64,000 bases of DNA, from NCBI GenBank assembly GCA_039024555.1, contig JBCCQQ010000003.1, positions 140,615-204,614 of the forward strand. The letters are read 5' to 3'. The notes under the pieces were generated by a model, which was not told the DNA's origin, did no database searches, and was given only the letters and a program-made list of their open reading frames with translations. Of this stretch, positions 33,101 through 42,505 are shown one piece after another (positions within the stretch are counted from its first letter, which is position 1; every line of letters starts with the position of its first letter). The position numbers were made by a program, and so were the translations under genes. Origin of the DNA: Cyanobacteria bacterium P01_D01_bin.156 (GTDB lineage Bacteria > Cyanobacteriota > Cyanobacteriia > Phormidesmidales > Phormidesmidaceae).

Positions 33101-34227
33101 TAGTAGATACCTTAAAAGGGCATGAAACAACCGTGACGTCAGTGGCGTTTAGCCCCGATGGCCACACCCTAGCCAGCGGCAGTTGGGATCAAAATGTTAA
33201 GCTGTGGGCATTGAGCTCCCCTAGAGCAAATGTTTTAGAAGCCCATAACTCATTAGTCCATGCTCTAGAATTTAGTCCCAACAATCGGATACTAGCTTCC
33301 GTCAGTGCAGACCTCAGCATCAAACTGTGGACCACAAAAGGGCAGCTTCGCACAACATTTGAAAAGGCACATGCCGACAGCATTCTAGATGTGAGTTTTA
33401 GTCCCGACGGTCGCACATTGGCAACCGCAAGTCGAGATCGCACCGTAAAACTTTGGCATCTAAAAAAAGGCATTCGCCAGCGCACTATTACAGCCCACCG
33501 CAGCACTGTTCACAGTGTAAGCTTTAGCCCCAACGGTAAAACGCTGGCAACAGGTGGAGGAGATCATATGGTCAAACTGTGGAACCATCAAGATGGCACG
33601 CTCAAAGAAACCTTTGCTGGCCATAACAATACTGTTTACGCAGTGGCCTGGCATCCCGAAAGTTCACTCTTAGCCAGTGCCAGCGCAGACAATACCATTC
33701 GAATCTGGAACCAGCACGGCATCGCCATACCACCTCTGCGGAGTCATCAAGGCAGTGTTTATAGCGTTGCTTGGAATCCTAATGGTACTCTACTGGCTAG
33801 CGGCAGCGCTGATCACACAGTCAAGCTGTGGGATCAGCATGGAGTTCTACAACATACATTACAGGGACATACCGACAAAGTCTTAAATGTTCGCTTCTCT
33901 CCCAATGGCAACACGTTAATATCTTCAGGGGCGGACAACACTATCAAAATCTGGCAATTAGATGGTACAGCAGTAGCAACGCTCAAAGGCCACAAAGATC
34001 AGGTGAGCGGACTGAACTTTCAGCCTAACGGCAACCTCTTAGCATCTGCCGATTACGACCACAGCATTATCTTTTGGGACTGGCAGTTGCTGAGTTCTCC
34101 TCTGTTAGACAATCTTCTAATCGAAGGCTGCACATGGGTTAAGGATCACTTAAATCGGCAGCCTAAAAAGCTCTCAGACCCTAATAATAACTCTTCTCTC
34201 CAAACATTATGTCAGCCCCAGCCGTAG
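30145..34227 (+). CDS. Triple-TIR, single-TM, 14x WD40-repeat protein
   Basis: DAFISYGR, QVFLAYTH and DVFIAYTP TIR starts at about aa 6, 237 and 439; hydrophobic helix about aa 650-672; 14 GH..FSPDG..D.T.KLW repeats from about aa 743. Confidence 0.92.
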   Translation: MNTFQDAFISYGRTDSKAFALQLYERLTDKGLSVWFDFENIPLGVDFQNQIDDGIEKADNFLFVIAPHSVNSPYCLKEIQLALKRNKRIIPLLHVEQINHETWQQRNPQGTDDEWEAYQEEGLHSSFTNIHPEIGKSNWVYFREGIDDFEQAFEGLLELLKRHQGYVRQHTTLLAQALEWQGYQQQSSYLLTGNTCQQAKDWLQARFKEDQPPCHPTDLHCEYITESLKQADNAMTQVFLAYTHEDKNVMEKIRNSLRREGFTVWTNTSDIKTGEAFEKAIQRGVEQADNVLYLLSPDAIQSKYCQHEINYASAFNKRIIPVLVSPTPTEDIPDNLRQLQYIDLTDNLKDEDYTLDESQLIRILLHKANYYSQHKTLLVKALKWQQQQNNLSILLRGYSLHQAQDWWQSAKKHSQHPAISVQSDFIEASLEKAPLNSLDVFIAYTPTDTDLAYQLNDELQTQGKTTWFEQHVIPSDVDIQEAIRQGIEISDNILFLLSSEFSEQQELQVAVAHAVSLNKRIVTIQRKSLAQMTELHPALANADSLVVDDRDFGESFSQLIRLLDMDREHVHDHTKWLRRALDWQEKQKSTDLLLRGNEFAVAQAWLIEAQDQNKRPTATDLQKDYIAQSEAAIAAEAQQEKQRVLMLKSLLGVVSIALVFAIGASFIAYGESKKAQKANLLALGGKSEALFSSNQVFESLLESIGAAGKLKSKRFLRNDPGVNAKIATSLANALYWVKEKNELEGHRGGIRSVKFSPDGNFLITASNDNTLKLWEKNGRLRFTLDSHQGQVRDAAFSPDGQLIASASSDKTVKLWRQDGVVLRTLKGHNSIVYGLSFSPDSRIIATAGGDQTVKVWNTQTGDLISTLEGHLERVRAVEFSPDGKQIASTSSDRTIKIWHLDGTEVASFSGHTADIEALAWSPHGKWIVSASEDATIKLWSPDGQELATFEDHQAGVEDIAFSPNGQLIASAGDDSTVRLWRPDGTLVDTLKGHETTVTSVAFSPDGHTLASGSWDQNVKLWALSSPRANVLEAHNSLVHALEFSPNNRILASVSADLSIKLWTTKGQLRTTFEKAHADSILDVSFSPDGRTLATASRDRTVKLWHLKKGIRQRTITAHRSTVHSVSFSPNGKTLATGGGDHMVKLWNHQDGTLKETFAGHNNTVYAVAWHPESSLLASASADNTIRIWNQHGIAIPPLRSHQGSVYSVAWNPNGTLLASGSADHTVKLWDQHGVLQHTLQGHTDKVLNVRFSPNGNTLISSGADNTIKIWQLDGTAVATLKGHKDQVSGLNFQPNGNLLASADYDHSIIFWDWQLLSSPLLDNLLIEGCTWVKDHLNRQPKKLSDPNNNSSLQTLCQPQP

Positions 34228-34961
34228 CAGCCATACAGTCTCGCAGTCGCCAGCGAGCAATAACCGTTGTTATCTTGTGTCTTTTTATAGCCAGCATCAC
34301 TCTGGGAGGGTGGGCTTTAGCACATACTCTGCAACGCGGCGTACGGATTCAATACGTTCAGCACGACGCAGAAATCTTAATGAACATGGTGAACTCAGTA
34401 CGAGAGTACACTAGTAGCCAAATCAGACCCGCTTTAGCTCATCAAGCTGAAGCAAAATTTTGGCCAGAGAGCGTACCTAGTTACTCGGCACAACAGGTCT
34501 TTGAACGTTTGCGCCAACAGCCCAAATATAGCCATTATTCCTATAAGGAAGCAGTGCTCAACCCAACGAGCTTAAATGACAAAGCGAATCCATTTGAAAA
34601 GCAGCTCATTGAACAGTTCCGTAACAGTGAAATCCCAAGGAACAAACAACTGAATGGTTATACAATGACCCCCAAAGGCAAGCTGTTCTACTCTGCAAAA
34701 GCGATATCCGTTTCTAAACCCAGTTGCTTACAGTGTCACAGTACTCCGGACGTGGCACCAAACTATATTGTTGAACACTACGGTACTGCCAATGGCTTTG
34801 GCTGGCAGCTCAATGAAGTTGTTGGTGCGCAGATGCTTTATTTACCTATGAAAAGCTTACAGTATACAAACCACTCATTACTTAGCAGAGTGATGGTAGT
34901 GTTTATAGCTGTTCTAGCCTGTTGTTTATTGCTACTAAGGTTTTGGCTTAGAACTGCATAA
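34209..34961 (+). CDS. DUF3365/Tll0287-like c-type haem sensor domain protein, two TM helices, no output domain
   Basis: TM, VREYT, ESVPSYSA, YKEAVLNPT..DKANPFE, CLQCH, GFGWQLNEVVGAQ, C-terminal TM. Confidence 0.85.
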   Translation: MSAPAVAAIQSRSRQRAITVVILCLFIASITLGGWALAHTLQRGVRIQYVQHDAEILMNMVNSVREYTSSQIRPALAHQAEAKFWPESVPSYSAQQVFERLRQQPKYSHYSYKEAVLNPTSLNDKANPFEKQLIEQFRNSEIPRNKQLNGYTMTPKGKLFYSAKAISVSKPSCLQCHSTPDVAPNYIVEHYGTANGFGWQLNEVVGAQMLYLPMKSLQYTNHSLLSRVMVVFIAVLACCLLLLRFWLRTA

Positions 34962-35036
34962 TCCTGACAAAGGAAGACTTCAAAAGTCTTCGATCGCATT
35001 GTAGTGATAGTCTAAGGCAGAAAGAAAGCAATATGA

Positions 35037-35909
35037 CTATTCTGTTTCACCAGGTATAAATAGAGAGTTATCAGTATTATTTTGATTGGTTGGTTTTAAG
35101 TTAGAAATTGCCCTACGAAGGCTTTGAGTCCATTGAAGGTTACCAGCAGCGTTCAAATGCAACCCGTCACCATTATGGAACTGCTGATCCAAACGACCAT
35201 CACCATTAGTATCTAAATAATTATCATGATCAACAAAGATGACCCATTCCCGTTGTTCAACAAGTTGGTGAAGCTTTATGTTAAAGTCCATTCTCCAACC
35301 CACTGCTTCAGATAGCTGTCTGGGATTGGCTTGATCATCAACAGGAAGAACAGCTGAGGCAATCACCGGACGGTCACGAGGTAGTCTATCCAGAATGCGA
35401 GAGTAGTTTGCGATCGCCTCATCAACACTCCGATAACGCGTATCATTAGTACCGATAGCAAGTACAATACACTGTGAACGCTCAAGCACAGACATGTAAG
35501 TAGACAAGCGCTTCAACACACCTATGGTGGTGTCACCGCCAATACCATAGTTAACCGACAGTGGATGAACAGCAGAGACATTCAATCTTTGGGTAATACT
35601 GTCACCAATGAATATCACAGCTCCATCAGGCACAATATCCACGAAACTATCATGAACATTCAGAATGGTGTAGTAATAACCTGTTAGCTCTGGTCGGTCA
35701 CCCAGCCCCAGGCGATAGCTTAGACCTTCTAGAAAATCAGATTTCCAAAGAACAACTCCAAGAACAATATGAAGCAAGACAACGTAGAGAAAGAGCAAGC
35801 TTTCTTTGTAGGTCAATTTAGGCAACAATCCAGACATCTCAACAGCTCGCATAATCAATCGATAGTTGTTAAGCCCTCTAAAGCTTAGTAGAGCTTGGCG
35901 ATTGCCCAT
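35037..35909 (-). CDS. Membrane-anchored SGNH/GDSL hydrolase (start may be ATG 35852 or 35837)
   Basis: FIGDSIT, NYGIGGDTT, IGTND, DGLHLN. Confidence 0.88.
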   Translation of the reverse strand: MGNRQALLSFRGLNNYRLIMRAVEMSGLLPKLTYKESLLFLYVVLLHIVLGVVLWKSDFLEGLSYRLGLGDRPELTGYYYTILNVHDSFVDIVPDGAVIFIGDSITQRLNVSAVHPLSVNYGIGGDTTIGVLKRLSTYMSVLERSQCIVLAIGTNDTRYRSVDEAIANYSRILDRLPRDRPVIASAVLPVDDQANPRQLSEAVGWRMDFNIKLHQLVEQREWVIFVDHDNYLDTNGDGRLDQQFHNGDGLHLNAAGNLQWTQSLRRAISNLKPTNQNNTDNSLFIPGETE

Positions 35910-36345
35910 GCACTAAAGCAAGAATTTTTCGACCACAACCGTTGTCTTGCATCTCAATATTGTTCGATGGGTGATGCTCAGACCCATCCCAGATGACGTG
36001 TCAATCTTACGTAGCGAGACAGATGGATACCCCTAACTCACAAACAACCTTTTGTCTGAAAACGAGACGATAGTCATAATCGCATAAAAAACATATCAAC
36101 AAATGATAACAAAAATGTACGTATTTACGTAATCACAAAACACGCTATTCATGCAGTGAACAATTATCCAAAACCATAGATATAGGCAGCTTGTCACTTC
36201 TCTACTGGCTGAAAAACTCTGCCTAGAGAAGTTTTGTCAACTATGACACATGGTTTTTACGTAATTTTACTCAGCCAACCACTTGCATCATTAAAATTAG
36301 CTTCATAAACTACACACAAGGTGTGTTGTGACTAAATGTAACGAA

Positions 36346-36735
36346 ATGACGGCTAATACAGTATGGCAGTACTCTGAAGAGGGTGAGTATCACGAACAGC
36401 TGGTTGCTATTGGCCATTATTTAAAGACCATTCGTACACAAAAGGGGCTATCACTGCAGCAGGTGGCTCAGCGTACAAAAGTCCAACCTAAGCAGCTACG
36501 AGCTATTGAAACTGGTGATTATCAAACTTTGCCAGAGGCAATTTATGTAAGGGGTTTCCTGAAACAGTATGCTCAAGCCTTAGGGCTTAATGGCGCTGAT
36601 ATTGCCAATCGAGTCTGTGTTGAACCGACTGACATTAATCTTAAGTGGCTGAATCGAGCCGACTTCTCCAGTCGTGGTTGCGGGAATATCGTCAACCCAA
36701 CTCATTGGTGGACTAAGTTAATTCCTTCGGTGTGA
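36346..36735 (+). CDS. XRE-type HTH protein resembling the RodZ N-terminal domain (stand-alone)
   Basis: IG.YLK.IR.QKGLSLQQVA..TK..L.AIE.G...LP..YVRGFLKQYA.ALGL; no TM or periplasmic domain. Confidence 0.85.
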   Translation: MTANTVWQYSEEGEYHEQLVAIGHYLKTIRTQKGLSLQQVAQRTKVQPKQLRAIETGDYQTLPEAIYVRGFLKQYAQALGLNGADIANRVCVEPTDINLKWLNRADFSSRGCGNIVNPTHWWTKLIPSV

Positions 36736-38716
36736 CCTGTGCAGAGACGGATGAGATCGCATCTACAGTCTGATTATTGGGTTGAATACTATGAGACTTT
36801 TGTTCTAGCTGCACATCAGGCGCTTCATAGATTGCCAGATCAAACCAGAACGTCGTTCCTATACCAACTTCGCTCACCAAGCACATTTGACTATTGTGTT
36901 TGTCGATGATGTTCTTAACAATCGACAACCCTAACCCCGTACCTTCTAAGGTGTGGACTCGATTCTCGACTCGGTAAAAGCGGTCAAAGATTGCCTCTTG
37001 ATCTTCAGCAGCAATACCTATCCCTGTATCCGAGATTTCAATACGCACATTGCCAGCCAAATCCGGATGTTCTACAGACAACGGAGCACGATAAGCCCGA
37101 ATCGCTACACAGCCTCCAGCAGTAGAAAACTTAAGCCCATTGCCAACGAGATTGCCAAAGACCTGTAACATCAAATCGTAATTTCCTACAACTGGCGGCA
37201 ATCCTTCTTCCACATCCTGAATCAGTTCAATCTCTTTATCTCTAGCATTCAGCTGATAAGTACGCAGCGTTTGTTCAATAGGTTGGTGAATATCCATCGA
37301 CGTGAGTTGATAGCGACGGTTTGACTCCAATCGAGAAAGATCTAACACATCATTCACTAGCCGCGTGAGGCGATCTGTTTCATTATTGGCAGTCTCTAAA
37401 AACTCTTGTCGTTCTCGCTCCGAAAGATCGTCACCGTACTCATAAAGCGTCTCAATGAAGGATTTAATATTGAACAGTGGTGTCCTTAACTCATGAGAGA
37501 TATTACTAATAAATTGGCTTTTAGCTGCGTTCAACGCCACTTCACGAGTAATATCCTGCACAGTTAGTGCCAGCCCCTTAACAGTCTCTCCAGACTGATC
37601 TAATACAGAGTTTAGTACGACGCGAATCGTACGATTTGTAGGCTCTGTCAACGCAATCCGAAATTCTTGGCTTTCTGAAGAATCTCCTTTGGATGCTTGA
37701 TACAACGGTCGAGTCATCTGTAACCGGACTTCTCCAGGTAAATGCTGTAAAACACTACCCTCCGGTGGGAGTTTAGCATCCCATCCAAAGAGTCGACTAG
37801 CCGCTGTATTTGCTAGAACAACTTCTAGATTGGCATCAATTAATATAGCGCCATCAGCAATGGTAGACACTAAGCGTTCTAGCTTTGCTTTCTCTGCCGT
37901 CAATTCTTCAATATTTTGTTCTTCATAACGCTCCAGACGCTCAGCCATATAATTGAAGCTCTGGATTAGCTCTCCTAATTCATCTCCCCCTCGAGATAGA
38001 TCAATCCGCTGCTTAAAATTACCAGCAGCAATATTTTTCACACCGGTTAATAGTTCTTTAATCGGCTGAGTAATCGTCAGGGCATTAAACACGGCACCTA
38101 AGATCACCATGACCCAAATACAGACAAAGACGGCGATGGTCACATCTCTAGTCAGATGAGAAGATGCTACAACCGTCGGGTTAGGATTGATGCCTAGGGC
38201 AAGCACTCCCAAATATTCATCATTAGACTTCAACGGCACGAATACATCGGTCACCTCTCCAGCAGGCGTTAGGTGTTGACGTACCATAGGGAGGTCAACA
38301 CTTTTGACATAGTTCTCTGGCAGTTGCATACGGCGACTCAGGGTCAGAGAATTCTGTACTGCTGTATCTGCGTAGGGAATACCAAAAAAGATATAGCCGT
38401 TTGGATTAGCGTAGAGCATATAGCGAATGCTTGAAGTGCTTTCCATAAAGCGCCTGGAAAACACAGCCAATTCCTCTAGCTGGTTAGCTTCTACTAAGGG
38501 AGCAGTATTAGAAGCTAGCAGTAATCCCAGATCACGACCAAAGCGGGTGTCATTCAATCGAGCATCCAGCTGAATTGTATTGACAGCCCAAAACGTTAGG
38601 CTGCTCATTACCAATGACACAACCAATGTGGCAGCTGCCATCAATCGTGTCTGGAGAGTAAAGTCTTTCCACCAATCTGAGATTAGTGTACGAATTTTTT
38701 CAAATAGCTCAACCAT
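36713..38716 (-). CDS. nblS: Sensor histidine kinase NblS/Hik33/DspA
   Basis: WW.DFTLQTRLMAAATLVVSL N-terminus, HAMP, PAS, SHELRTPLFNIKS, RVENRVHTLEGTGLGL. Confidence 0.93.
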   Translation of the reverse strand: MVELFEKIRTLISDWWKDFTLQTRLMAAATLVVSLVMSSLTFWAVNTIQLDARLNDTRFGRDLGLLLASNTAPLVEANQLEELAVFSRRFMESTSSIRYMLYANPNGYIFFGIPYADTAVQNSLTLSRRMQLPENYVKSVDLPMVRQHLTPAGEVTDVFVPLKSNDEYLGVLALGINPNPTVVASSHLTRDVTIAVFVCIWVMVILGAVFNALTITQPIKELLTGVKNIAAGNFKQRIDLSRGGDELGELIQSFNYMAERLERYEEQNIEELTAEKAKLERLVSTIADGAILIDANLEVVLANTAASRLFGWDAKLPPEGSVLQHLPGEVRLQMTRPLYQASKGDSSESQEFRIALTEPTNRTIRVVLNSVLDQSGETVKGLALTVQDITREVALNAAKSQFISNISHELRTPLFNIKSFIETLYEYGDDLSERERQEFLETANNETDRLTRLVNDVLDLSRLESNRRYQLTSMDIHQPIEQTLRTYQLNARDKEIELIQDVEEGLPPVVGNYDLMLQVFGNLVGNGLKFSTAGGCVAIRAYRAPLSVEHPDLAGNVRIEISDTGIGIAAEDQEAIFDRFYRVENRVHTLEGTGLGLSIVKNIIDKHNSQMCLVSEVGIGTTFWFDLAIYEAPDVQLEQKSHSIQPNNQTVDAISSVSAQVTPKELT

Positions 38717-38881
38717 CCAACCTACACAAACTGCTCAACGCTATTGTGACATGAATTTTAATGGGGGAGCAGACGATACACCGTTTTGGATTTAGGGACT
38801 GTCACGAGATACAGACCTGCGCCATCGTCTAAATGAGACCGATACAACTATTCCAATGAGGCAGCCGGTATCCCGATGTGA

Positions 38882-40162
38882 TTAAAACTGCTCCTTAACT
38901 CGATGACCAATATCTCTACGGCAGTACGCATGGTCAAAGTGAATCGCGTCTACTGCTACATAGGCATTTGCGATCGCAGCTTCAAAGCTATCACCTAAAG
39001 CGGTCACCCCTAAAATTCTGCCGCCGGTAGACTTCACCACCCCTTGCTCGAGCTGAGTCCCAGCATGGAAAACCATTGCCCCTGTCTCAGTGGCTGCATC
39101 AATACCAGCAATAGCCATACCCTTTGGATATTGGCCAGGATATCCAGCCGCCGCCATTACTACACAGGCAGCATAGTCAGGTTTCCATTCAAAGGGTGGA
39201 AAATCCGCTAGACGTTGCTCACAACAGGCCAGCATAATCTGATCCAGAGGAGTCTCTAGTAGCGGCAGCACCACCTGGGTTTCTGGATCACCAAAACGGC
39301 AATTAAATTCAATCACCTTAGGTTCCCCTTCCGGGGTAATCATTAGACCAGCATAAACAACACCGCGATAGTCAATGCCTCGTGCCCTCAGCGCTGTAAC
39401 CGTCGGCTCTAATACTTCAGTTTGGATACGCTCTAACAGAGCAGCTGGGACTACTGGAGTAGGAGCATAGGCCCCCATTCCCCCCGTATTAGGTCCCGTA
39501 TCGCCTTCGCCAATCTGCTTATGGTCCTGGGCAGGCACTAACGGACGAATCGTAATGCCATCGGTCACTGCCAGCACCGACGCCTCTTGCCCTGTTAAAA
39601 ACTCTTCAATCACCACTTGACTGCCAGCAGCACCAAACTGGCCGTCAAAGATGGCTGCGATCGCATGCTTTGCTTCGTCCAGAGACATGGCAACGGTGAC
39701 TCCTTTACCCGCAGCCAAACCATCCGCCTTAATAACAATCGGAGCCCCTTGCTCTTCCACATAGACACTTGCGGCTGCAGCATTATCAAATACCGCACTA
39801 GCAGCTGACGGAATGCCTGCATCCTGCATCAGTGCCTTAGCCCACGCCTTACTGGACTCCAGCTGAGCTCCCTCCTGATTAGGACCAAATACCGTAATTC
39901 CTTGCTTCCGAAGACCATCGGCAACGCCGTCGGCCAACGGCTGTTCAGGTCCCACTGCAACCAAACCAATATTTTGCACCAAGGCAAATCGGGCTATCCC
40001 CTCTACATCGTCTACCGCCATGGCCAAATTAGTACAGCCAGGTAATGTAGCTGTACCACCATTTCCCGGAATACAGACAACATTGGTAATCTTGGGAGAC
40101 TGTAGTAGGGTCCATGCCATAGCATGCTCTCGACCACCACTACCTATCACAATGGCTTTCAC
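38882..40162 (-). CDS. purD: Phosphoribosylamine-glycine ligase
   Basis: GSGGREHA, KADGLAAGKGV, GPNTGGMGAY, EFNCRFGDPE; GTG start 40162. Confidence 0.97.
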   Translation of the reverse strand: MKAIVIGSGGREHAMAWTLLQSPKITNVVCIPGNGGTATLPGCTNLAMAVDDVEGIARFALVQNIGLVAVGPEQPLADGVADGLRKQGITVFGPNQEGAQLESSKAWAKALMQDAGIPSAASAVFDNAAAASVYVEEQGAPIVIKADGLAAGKGVTVAMSLDEAKHAIAAIFDGQFGAAGSQVVIEEFLTGQEASVLAVTDGITIRPLVPAQDHKQIGEGDTGPNTGGMGAYAPTPVVPAALLERIQTEVLEPTVTALRARGIDYRGVVYAGLMITPEGEPKVIEFNCRFGDPETQVVLPLLETPLDQIMLACCEQRLADFPPFEWKPDYAACVVMAAAGYPGQYPKGMAIAGIDAATETGAMVFHAGTQLEQGVVKSTGGRILGVTALGDSFEAAIANAYVAVDAIHFDHAYCRRDIGHRVKEQF

Positions 40163-40273
40163 AGCGTTTTTCCTGAACAAAGAAGGGGCTATATTTTCCC
40201 ACGTTGGGGACAAATTCGGGCAAGGGGTCTAACAATCGGCTAAATACGTTTAGTAGATAGCACAAACGAAGAA

Positions 40274-41320
40274 CTACTCAGAAACCGGTTGATTTTTCTC
40301 GGATATATCATTTTTTGCATCATCCCCATCTACCTCAGCCAAGAGAGCAGCAGCCGTCACCCCTTCTGTGCTGTTCCCAAAACGCCACAATACCGCCGCT
40401 GCCTCTGCACGGGTCACCCCTTTATCAGGCTGAAATAAAGTGGTATATCCCAGAGCTCGACGAATATTGGCAAACTCCCCATTATTATGATCAGCTAGGA
40501 CAGCTTTGAGGGCAATGGGTTCAATTTTGCCTGCATCTTGAAATCCCCAGGCTTCAGTCACTGATTCCACAGTAGCTGTAGATAAGACTGCTCTTTGATC
40601 TAAGGGCACTTTCCACAGAATCAGATCTTTACGCGTCAGGGGAGCGTCGGGACGAAATTTCACAGCCGTCGAGGTACCGTTCAAAACGCTAGGAATAATC
40701 CCAGCCTCCGCCAATCCCTGAATCGCAGAAAAATCAATGTTAACTACACCTACATCCTGAAAAGCGGGTTTACTGCTTTGAACCGCTGGACGAATCTTTT
40801 TGACCGCCTGATCTGCATAGAACCGATTGTTAGCTGCCAATAGCCAACGCGCATATTCACGACGCGTAATCACTTCATTCGGCAGAAACTCATTAGGATT
40901 GCGTTCGATATCATCATCAGCTTTAACGTCGATCAGCATCAGAACATCCAGCTCCACCAAATCCTCTACATATTGCTGTAGTTCTTCCGGGGCTTCTCCA
41001 ATGTCGGTATAGCTTGTCTGGGTAAACTCTGGAATTACGGGCTCTTCAACTACAGTTGTAGCTGCAGTTAAGTCATCAGCTCTAGCTTCTTCCTCAGTAG
41101 GTTCAGAGACATCTACCGTTTCGGGAGCAGAGCCAGAGGCTGAATTAATCGTGTCTGTATCGCTTGTGCCTTCTTCTAATAAACGGGGATCAGGCTCCAG
41201 ATTTTTTTCAATGGATTGGCCTATGGGACTACCTTCACAGCCTATAAGAGCCAGACACAGAATAACTCCAACGAAATGTTTTAGAGGATGCTGAGAATGA
41301 CACATATAGTCAGGTTCCAC
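40274..41320 (-). CDS. S-layer homology domain lipoprotein
   Basis: LALIGC lipobox; SLH motifs ITRREYA, FRPDAPLTR, FQPDKGVTRAEAA. Confidence 0.85.
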   Translation of the reverse strand: MEPDYMCHSQHPLKHFVGVILCLALIGCEGSPIGQSIEKNLEPDPRLLEEGTSDTDTINSASGSAPETVDVSEPTEEEARADDLTAATTVVEEPVIPEFTQTSYTDIGEAPEELQQYVEDLVELDVLMLIDVKADDDIERNPNEFLPNEVITRREYARWLLAANNRFYADQAVKKIRPAVQSSKPAFQDVGVVNIDFSAIQGLAEAGIIPSVLNGTSTAVKFRPDAPLTRKDLILWKVPLDQRAVLSTATVESVTEAWGFQDAGKIEPIALKAVLADHNNGEFANIRRALGYTTLFQPDKGVTRAEAAAVLWRFGNSTEGVTAAALLAEVDGDDAKNDISEKNQPVSE

Positions 41321-41430
41321 AAAAACAGCGCTACCAGGCTAGCGTATCTGATGGTCGCCTGGACAGACTAGTATTGTGTCAAGCTTGACGAACTAGCAGG
41401 TACAGCAACGTTCTTTGCACTAATTAAGCT

Positions 41431-42360
41431 ATGGCTCGTTCCATAATTATTGACTGCGATCCAGGAGTAGATGATGCGATCGCACTTCTTCTAGCTCTGG
41501 CCCATCCTAACCAACTTAATATCCTTGGCATTACTACCGTCGCAGGCAATGTGCCATTGCATTACACCAGTCAAAATGCCTTAAAAATCTGTGCCCTAGC
41601 AAAGGCAGATATTCCCGTCTATGCAGGCTGCCCACGTCCCATGCTGCGACCTTTAGAAACCGCTACCGATGTTCATGGAGCGACGGGTTTACAAGGGACC
41701 GAGCTACCTGCCCCTACATCACAACTAATGGTGCAACACGCTGTTGCATTTTTAATCGATACCCTGCAAAAGGCTCCCCATCCCATTACTCTAGTCACCT
41801 TGGGGCCACTGACCAACATTGCCATTGCCCTCATTCAAGCACCCCAGATTACCGACAAAATTGAGCACATTGTTGCCATGGGTGGAGCCATTACCCACGG
41901 CAACATCACACCAGCCGCCGAATTTAACATCTACGTAGATCCCCACGCAGCGCAGGTGGTCTTTGAGTCTGGCATTCCCCTGAAACTGATCACCCTCGAC
42001 ACCACTCATCAAGTACTCACCACAGCCGAGCATTTAACCGCCCTACGACAGCTCAATACCGTAGTGAGCCATACCGCTGCCGATCTAATGGCCCACTACG
42101 GTACCCCTGACAAAGAACGCTACGGCATGGACGGCGCTCCACTCCATGACCCCTGCATCATCGCCTACCTCTTACAGCCAGAATTGTTCACCTTCAGACC
42201 CACATACACCATTGTCGAAAGTAGCAGTTCCAAAAATCTTGGGCGCACCGTCATTGACTGGTGGGGACGCACTGGTAAAACCCCAAACGTAGATGTCGCC
42301 GCCTCTGTCAATACAGTAGGCATATACGATTTACTACTGAAATCCTTATCGCATCTGTAG
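41431..42360 (+). CDS. Inosine/uridine-preferring nucleoside hydrolase
   Basis: IDCDPGVDDA, TVAGN, LGPLTNIA, AEFNIYVDP, LHDP. Confidence 0.95.
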   Translation: MARSIIIDCDPGVDDAIALLLALAHPNQLNILGITTVAGNVPLHYTSQNALKICALAKADIPVYAGCPRPMLRPLETATDVHGATGLQGTELPAPTSQLMVQHAVAFLIDTLQKAPHPITLVTLGPLTNIAIALIQAPQITDKIEHIVAMGGAITHGNITPAAEFNIYVDPHAAQVVFESGIPLKLITLDTTHQVLTTAEHLTALRQLNTVVSHTAADLMAHYGTPDKERYGMDGAPLHDPCIIAYLLQPELFTFRPTYTIVESSSSKNLGRTVIDWWGRTGKTPNVDVAASVNTVGIYDLLLKSLSHL

Positions 42361-42505
42361 AATACTCTGCGCTTAGCAGCAATGAGCATGGCATATTGCC
42401 ACCGTGAGCCGTATCCCCTCTGAGCTCAATTCTTGAGCAAGTCCGTTACTTTACAGCACCAATCAAAAACGCTTGCTAGAATGCCTGCAGTCGTCTGGTA
42501 AAGCG

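Noticed and set aside
30145..34227. Calling the TIR-WD40 protein an NLR/STAND (Avs-type) or Thoeris system
   Set aside because: No Walker A/B NTPase domain in the protein, and no SIR2, Macro or SLOG effector gene adjacent
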